This document shows, in pieces, positions 27,719-32,000 of a DNA stretch of 32,000 nucleotides. A program made the translations under genes and the position numbers. Within the stretch, counting starts at the first letter, position 1; each line of letters starts with the position of its first letter. Origin of the DNA: Paenibacillus phage Callan; the sequence record OP503989.1, one strand, 5' to 3'. The notes beneath the pieces were generated by a model that was given only the letters and a program-made list of their open reading frames with translations, did not search any database and was not told the origin of the DNA.

Positions 27719-27875
27719 ACCGAACCCGTGGGTATGGACAGAAAAAGCTGAGTCCAAGATGCCGGATAGAAAGGCAGGGGAAAAGGTACCTATAGGATTC
27801 CTGATTGAAGGGAATGAAGAATATTACCCACGCCCGGAATGGATACAAAAAGGCTACGTGAAAAGAAAGGAGTAG
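27702..27875 (+). CDS. Hypothetical early phage protein (57 aa; not in supplied track)
   Basis: ATG 27702 with GGAG upstream: MNQKAKPNPWVWTEKAESKMPDRKAGEKVPIGFLIEGNEEYYPRPEWIQKGYVKRKE. Confidence 0.5.
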   Translation: MNQKAKPNPWVWTEKAESKMPDRKAGEKVPIGFLIEGNEEYYPRPEWIQKGYVKRKE

Positions 27876-27879
27876 GCGA

Positions 27880-28632
27880 ATGAATCAATTACAAGTGTTT
27901 AACTTCACCGGAAAAGACGTTCGCGTGATTATGAAAGACGGACAGCCGTGGTGGTTAGCGAAAGATATTTGTTCGGTTCTCGATCACTCAGATGTATCCA
28001 TGGCAGTTAAGAGGTTGGATGAGGACGAAAAGCTGACCCAAACATTGTTTGTATCAGGTCAGAATCGGAATGTTTGGTTTGTAAATGAGCCCGGATTGTA
28101 TTCTCTCATCTTAACCAGCCGTAAACCCGAAGCAAAACAGTTTAAGCGCTGGGTTACACACGAAGTTCTCCCGGCTATCCGCAAAACAGGAATGTATGCG
28201 ACTGACGAGCTACTGGACAATCCTGACTTTCTCATACAAGCGGCGACAAAGCTAAAGGAAGAAAGAGAAGCTAGAAAGTTGCTGGAATCGCAAATTGAAC
28301 AGGATAGACCAAAGGTAATCTTTGCTGAAGCGCTTGAGACTTCAAAAAGTTCCATCCTTATAGGTGAACTTGCAAAACTACTTAAGCAAAACGGCATCAA
28401 TGTAGGGCAGAACAGACTCTTCAATTGGCTCCGCGCAGAGGGATACCTGGGAAGGAAAGGAGATTACCGAAATCTTCCGACGCAAAAATCAATGGAACTT
28501 GGATTGTTTGAAATCAAAACTAGGACTATTGCTAATCCAGACGGAAGTACGAGGATAACCAAAACTACAAAAGTTACGGGTAAGGGGCAAGTTTACTTTG
28601 TAAATAAATTCAAACAAGGAGAAACAGCATGA
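27880..28632 (+). CDS. Phage antirepressor (BRO-N plus C-terminal ANT/KilAC-like domain)
   Basis: VRVIMKDGQPWWLAKDICSVLDHSDVSMAVKRLDEDEK...NEPGLYSLILTSRKPEAKQFKRWVTHEVLPAIRKTGMY. Confidence 0.93.
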   Translation: MNQLQVFNFTGKDVRVIMKDGQPWWLAKDICSVLDHSDVSMAVKRLDEDEKLTQTLFVSGQNRNVWFVNEPGLYSLILTSRKPEAKQFKRWVTHEVLPAIRKTGMYATDELLDNPDFLIQAATKLKEEREARKLLESQIEQDRPKVIFAEALETSKSSILIGELAKLLKQNGINVGQNRLFNWLRAEGYLGRKGDYRNLPTQKSMELGLFEIKTRTIANPDGSTRITKTTKVTGKGQVYFVNKFKQGETA

Positions 28633-29204
28633 AAAAAATCGAAGGATATATCACTGCTAATAACCCATTAGAAGATGAAATGGACTTGTTTCGCGCAATC
28701 CTGGACGTATGCATTGATTTAAAAAAGAGTATTATTGGTCCCACTGAAGCAACAATTCGGATTTTAGAAATTAAAAATTATTTTCACGAAAAGAAGGCTA
28801 CTGCTGCAACGAAAACCATCAAACCTACATTTTTGATTAAAGGGGACATTAGCCCTTCAGAGTTAATCAATCAAATAGAAAAAATGTGGGAATCCAATCA
28901 ACCAAGAGAACGCGCGCAGTTAGAGAAAAAAGAACTTCAAGAAATATTTGAAGGTAATGAAAATGCCGTGAAAACAATGGAACAAGTATTCAAAGAACAT
29001 GAATCAATAGAAACGGTAATCGTAGAACCCAATAGCTGGGCGGGGAAAGAATTGCTCTCACAAACAAAAAGGCTGATTGACCTGCAACGAGACGTTCATT
29101 CTCTGTCTACGTTAATCAACCATTTGAGTAAAAAAGTAGATGACTTGGGGAATCAAATCAATAAATCAACTCAGACATGGAAAGGAGAATATACACATGA
29201 ATAA
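28629..29204 (+). CDS. Hypothetical early phage protein
   Basis: 4-bp overlap with antirepressor stop; 191 aa. Confidence 0.6.
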   Translation: MKKIEGYITANNPLEDEMDLFRAILDVCIDLKKSIIGPTEATIRILEIKNYFHEKKATAATKTIKPTFLIKGDISPSELINQIEKMWESNQPRERAQLEKKELQEIFEGNENAVKTMEQVFKEHESIETVIVEPNSWAGKELLSQTKRLIDLQRDVHSLSTLINHLSKKVDDLGNQINKSTQTWKGEYTHE

Positions 29205-29454
29205 ACACGGAAGAGAACTTGAACCCGTTTTACCAAACTCACAAGAAATAGAGGAAATGAATAAATATGAATTTCTTGATTGGGTAAATTGGGCATTTCA
29301 GATCTTGCCACAAAGAGAAATAGAAAGAGATCCGTCTTTCCACTTGAAAAAACGAATCTCCCAAATTCTTGATTGTGAATCAAAATCAGAAGTTGAAAAA
29401 GAAAAAGAAATATTTGATGAGATTAGAAGGTATTACAAAAGAATTAATCAGTAA
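29197..29454 (+). CDS. Hypothetical early phage protein
   Basis: ATG 29197 overlapping previous gene with AAAGGAG upstream. Confidence 0.5.
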   Translation: MNKHGRELEPVLPNSQEIEEMNKYEFLDWVNWAFQILPQREIERDPSFHLKKRISQILDCESKSEVEKEKEIFDEIRRYYKRINQ

Positions 29455-29956
29455 TATCGATTATTGAAACTAATTTTATCCTCTCGTTCTCGAGATCAAT
29501 AAATGGCAAATGAAACTTACCATCTATTGTGTGAGCATTGAGTAAATAAGGGCGGAATGGAGTCGGTACCTCAGTTATTTTTGCTTCACTTAGTACTTTA
29601 ACTATTGTTTCAAAGAACAAAGGTAAGTTATCAAGTTTGGTAAATGGATTACGGCCAAAATTACTTTTTGGTAACCCTTCGAGGGTTTTATCGAAAGTTT
29701 CTGAAATTTGTTTGAGTATAGTTGTTGGTTTGTTTCCATCGCGGGCATGGTAAGAGTCACATTCAATATCACCAAGATGATCAATGTACAGTTGTCGCAC
29801 CTGTCTATTCTCCATTTCAACAAAATCGCCGTACCAATACGAATTATTGAGTTCAATCACGAGTTTCAAATTTCTTTGATACAAGGCGTATCCATTTGTT
29901 TTGGTAATAGACTTAACCAAAAAATCTAGAGCTTGTAATTGTTGGATTGTATACAT
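29444..29956 (-). CDS. Hypothetical protein, isolated minus-strand gene
   Basis: Start MYTIQQLQALDFLVKSITKTNGYALYQRNLK preceded on minus strand by AGAAAGGAAAG; the only strand switch in the early region. Confidence 0.6.
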   Translation of the reverse strand: MYTIQQLQALDFLVKSITKTNGYALYQRNLKLVIELNNSYWYGDFVEMENRQVRQLYIDHLGDIECDSYHARDGNKPTTILKQISETFDKTLEGLPKSNFGRNPFTKLDNLPLFFETIVKVLSEAKITEVPTPFRPYLLNAHTIDGKFHLPFIDLENERIKLVSIIDITD

Positions 29957-30036
29957 GTTTATACTTTCCTTTCTACATAGAATGATAAGTCTCGACAACT
30001 TCCATTCTATCAGAAAGGAAAATATTTGAAAGGGGA

Positions 30037-30408
30037 ATGGATATGACTCTATCAGAAACACTCTTCAAAGAGACAGGAAAGAAAACTGGTGTTGTGTATG
30101 CTACTGGTTTATTAAAGGGCCGGGAAGTACTCCGCATGGTAGCCGATTGCAGAGCGCAGGAAACAATTCGGACGACTGCCCAACGAATTTTAGATGATGC
30201 TAAGGTGGCAGTTGTTCGAATATCAGATGAATCTCTTGAACGTTTAGGGAACTATTATGTCATTTTCAATGTTTGGCTGAAACATCGAATAGGTTTTGAA
30301 CAATTTGTAAATGAGGTTCAAACAGGGAAATGGAAAGCTCGACTGGATCAAGGAGGTGTAATATATGACCGGTCAAGGAATTTACGATCTTTACATGAGT
30401 GTCTATGA
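30037..30408 (+). CDS. Hypothetical early phage protein
   Basis: MDMTLSETLFKETGKKTGVVYATGLLKG...; preceded by GAAAGG. Confidence 0.5.
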   Translation: MDMTLSETLFKETGKKTGVVYATGLLKGREVLRMVADCRAQETIRTTAQRILDDAKVAVVRISDESLERLGNYYVIFNVWLKHRIGFEQFVNEVQTGKWKARLDQGGVIYDRSRNLRSLHECL

Positions 30409-30505
30409 AAAATATCTGTTTTCAGAAGATCCTGCAGAAGTAGAAATGTTGCATGAAGAGCTACAAGAAATAAGACGGAAGTACGGGATTCCAGATGCTC
30501 AATAA
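30365..30505 (+). CDS. Small hypothetical protein (46 aa; not in supplied track)
   Basis: RBS AAGGAGG then MTGQGIYDLYMSVYEKYLFSEDPAEVEMLHEELQEIRRKYGIPDAQ. Confidence 0.5.
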   Translation: MTGQGIYDLYMSVYEKYLFSEDPAEVEMLHEELQEIRRKYGIPDAQ

Positions 30506-30604
30506 AAAAGGACAATTGTTGATGGCACAACAATTGCCCTACTTGAAAAACTAACATTACGGTCATGATAGCACAATACATCAAAAATGATCAAGGAGGT
30601 ACCC

Positions 30605-30868
30605 ATGACTCTTCTCTACGACGGAAAAGAATACATTGTCGTCAAGGATTGGGAACCAGATGAAAAACTAGCTTATCGGGAGACAGGCCACAATCACATA
30701 GAAATCCTGAATATGTTTTGCGGTGTGGTTCATGTGGCAACCGTTCACCTCGGAATGCTTAAACTTGTTCTGGAGCATAGGGAATATCTGCAGGATGTAA
30801 ATAAATCAGAGCAACAGCAATTATTGAACCATGAAATTATAAAAGCTATTGAGGAGGAAACGGCATGA
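30605..30868 (+). CDS. Hypothetical early phage protein
   Basis: AAGGAGG before ATG 30605; coupled to the Gam-like gene. Confidence 0.55.
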   Translation: MTLLYDGKEYIVVKDWEPDEKLAYRETGHNHIEILNMFCGVVHVATVHLGMLKLVLEHREYLQDVNKSEQQQLLNHEIIKAIEEETA

Positions 30869-31413
30869 TTAATGCATTACAACTTCATGAAATTCAAGAG
30901 GTAGAAGAGTTAACGGAAGAATCAAGACAAAGGTTTGAGGTGAAGGATGTCCAGTCCTTATCTTGGGTGCTGCGCAAAATGGCGGCACTTCAGGCCAAGA
31001 AATTAGAAGTTAATGAGTTGATAGATGTTGAGATTGAACGCCTGCAGCATTTCAGAAATAAGGAATTAGAAAGCCTTCAAAACAATGAAGATTTTTTCCG
31101 CGGGTTGATAAGTGAATACGCAATCCGTAAAAGAGACGAGGATCCGAAGTTCAAGGAAAAGACTCCTTACGGTGCAATTAGCTTCCGGAAGAAGCAGCCT
31201 AAATGGCATTACAATGACGCGGCATTGATCAATCACCTCAAATCAAATGATTTAACTGAGTTTGTTAGGGTCAAGGAAGAGCCTGATAAGGTAGCAATCA
31301 AAAAGCAATTTAAGCTTAATAATGGACTTATTTATGATCCAGATGGTCAAGCGGTAGAAGGTATTACTGTGGAGCAACAGCCTGATGAGCTTGTCATCAA
31401 ACTGGAGGTTTAA
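30865..31413 (+). CDS. Host-nuclease inhibitor Gam-family / Gp157-like protein
   Basis: Coiled-coil N-terminus, TPYGAISFRKKQPKWHYNDAALINHLKSNDLTEFVRVKEEPDKVAIKKQFK; upstream of ERF. Confidence 0.75.
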   Translation: MINALQLHEIQEVEELTEESRQRFEVKDVQSLSWVLRKMAALQAKKLEVNELIDVEIERLQHFRNKELESLQNNEDFFRGLISEYAIRKRDEDPKFKEKTPYGAISFRKKQPKWHYNDAALINHLKSNDLTEFVRVKEEPDKVAIKKQFKLNNGLIYDPDGQAVEGITVEQQPDELVIKLEV

Positions 31414-31415
31414 TC

Positions 31416-32000
31416 ATGGCTGAAATGACTCTTGTTAAGAAGCTTGCAGAGGTAATGGATTCTGTGAAATACATCCAAAAAACTGGTTATAACTCTTTCA
31501 ACAATTACAAATATGCAACTGAAGCAGATGTAAATGAAAAAGTACGTGAAGAATTAGCCGGCAGAAAAGTAATCATGATCCCTAATGTAAAATCGCAAAG
31601 TATCCGAGAACATAAAAACCGAAAAGGATACATTGAATATATCGCAACTGTTCAGGTGGAATTTACTTTCATGGATGGTGAAAGCGGTGAAACAATTACG
31701 TTTAGCACTTTCGGTGAAGGTCAGGATTCTGGAGATAAGGGTACTTATAAAGCTATAACTGGTGCACAAAAATATGCTCTAATGAAAGCTTTTATGATAC
31801 CAACTGGGGATGATCCAGAGGGAGATACTGGCGTAGATGAAAGAAATAATGGAGATCGAAAACCTGATACTACGAGCGGCGGGAAGAAACAGACAGGGGC
31901 CATTACTCCGGTTATAAAAGCTAAATATACGACCGTATACGGGAGCTTAGATGGGGTAGAAGCATTTGTTGCCAAACATAAAAAAGATTCAGAGAAAATA
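31416..32000 (+). CDS. ERF-family single-strand annealing recombinase (truncated by window end)
   Basis: VKKLAEVMDSVKYIQKTGYNSFNNYKYATEADV...STFGEGQDSGDKGTYKAITGAQKYALMKAFMIPTGDDPE; frame open to window edge. Confidence 0.9.
   Translation, partial: MAEMTLVKKLAEVMDSVKYIQKTGYNSFNNYKYATEADVNEKVREELAGRKVIMIPNVKSQSIREHKNRKGYIEYIATVQVEFTFMDGESGETITFSTFGEGQDSGDKGTYKAITGAQKYALMKAFMIPTGDDPEGDTGVDERNNGDRKPDTTSGGKKQTGAITPVIKAKYTTVYGSLDGVEAFVAKHKKDSEKI

Overview
The window looks like a temperate siphophage genome of a Bacillales host (Brevibacillus/Paenibacillus-like by inference only). Left to right it contains: the end of a probable HK97-type major capsid gene; head-tail connector and tail genes, including a -1 frameshifted tail assembly chaperone pair and a tape measure gene; Dit, Gp37-like tail protein and fibre; a lysis module (BhlA-like peptide, amidase, a Mom-like DNA-modification candidate, second holin); a roughly 12-kb accessory region (11.4-23.5 kb); a tyrosine integrase; an S24 repressor with divergent Cro-like gene; and early genes (antirepressor, Gam-like, ERF). 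Late genes run directly into integrase and early genes, so the window spans the joined (attP/circular or tandem) form rather than a simple integrated prophage edge. The accessory region is the interesting part. It carries (1) an IetAS-like AAA+ ATPase plus subtilisin-like protease pair, (2) an XRE-ImmA/IrrE metallopeptidase followed by a Panacea/SocA-domain gene with no recognisable toxin, (3) a RelA/SpoT-like (toxSAS-type) toxin coupled to a second Panacea-domain gene, (4) a thermolysin-family secreted protease, (5) a Hol_Tox-type type I toxin with a probable antisense RNA, and (6) a small lipoprotein next to the integrase. Four copies of an unexplained element, two TTTGCAACCA decamers at exactly 31-bp pitch, lie only between 16.4 and 18.6 kb and bracket the Panacea-associated genes. 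Two of them sit in a 57-bp near-perfect direct repeat flanking a membrane-protein gene. Family calls come from reading motifs and were not confirmed by database search.
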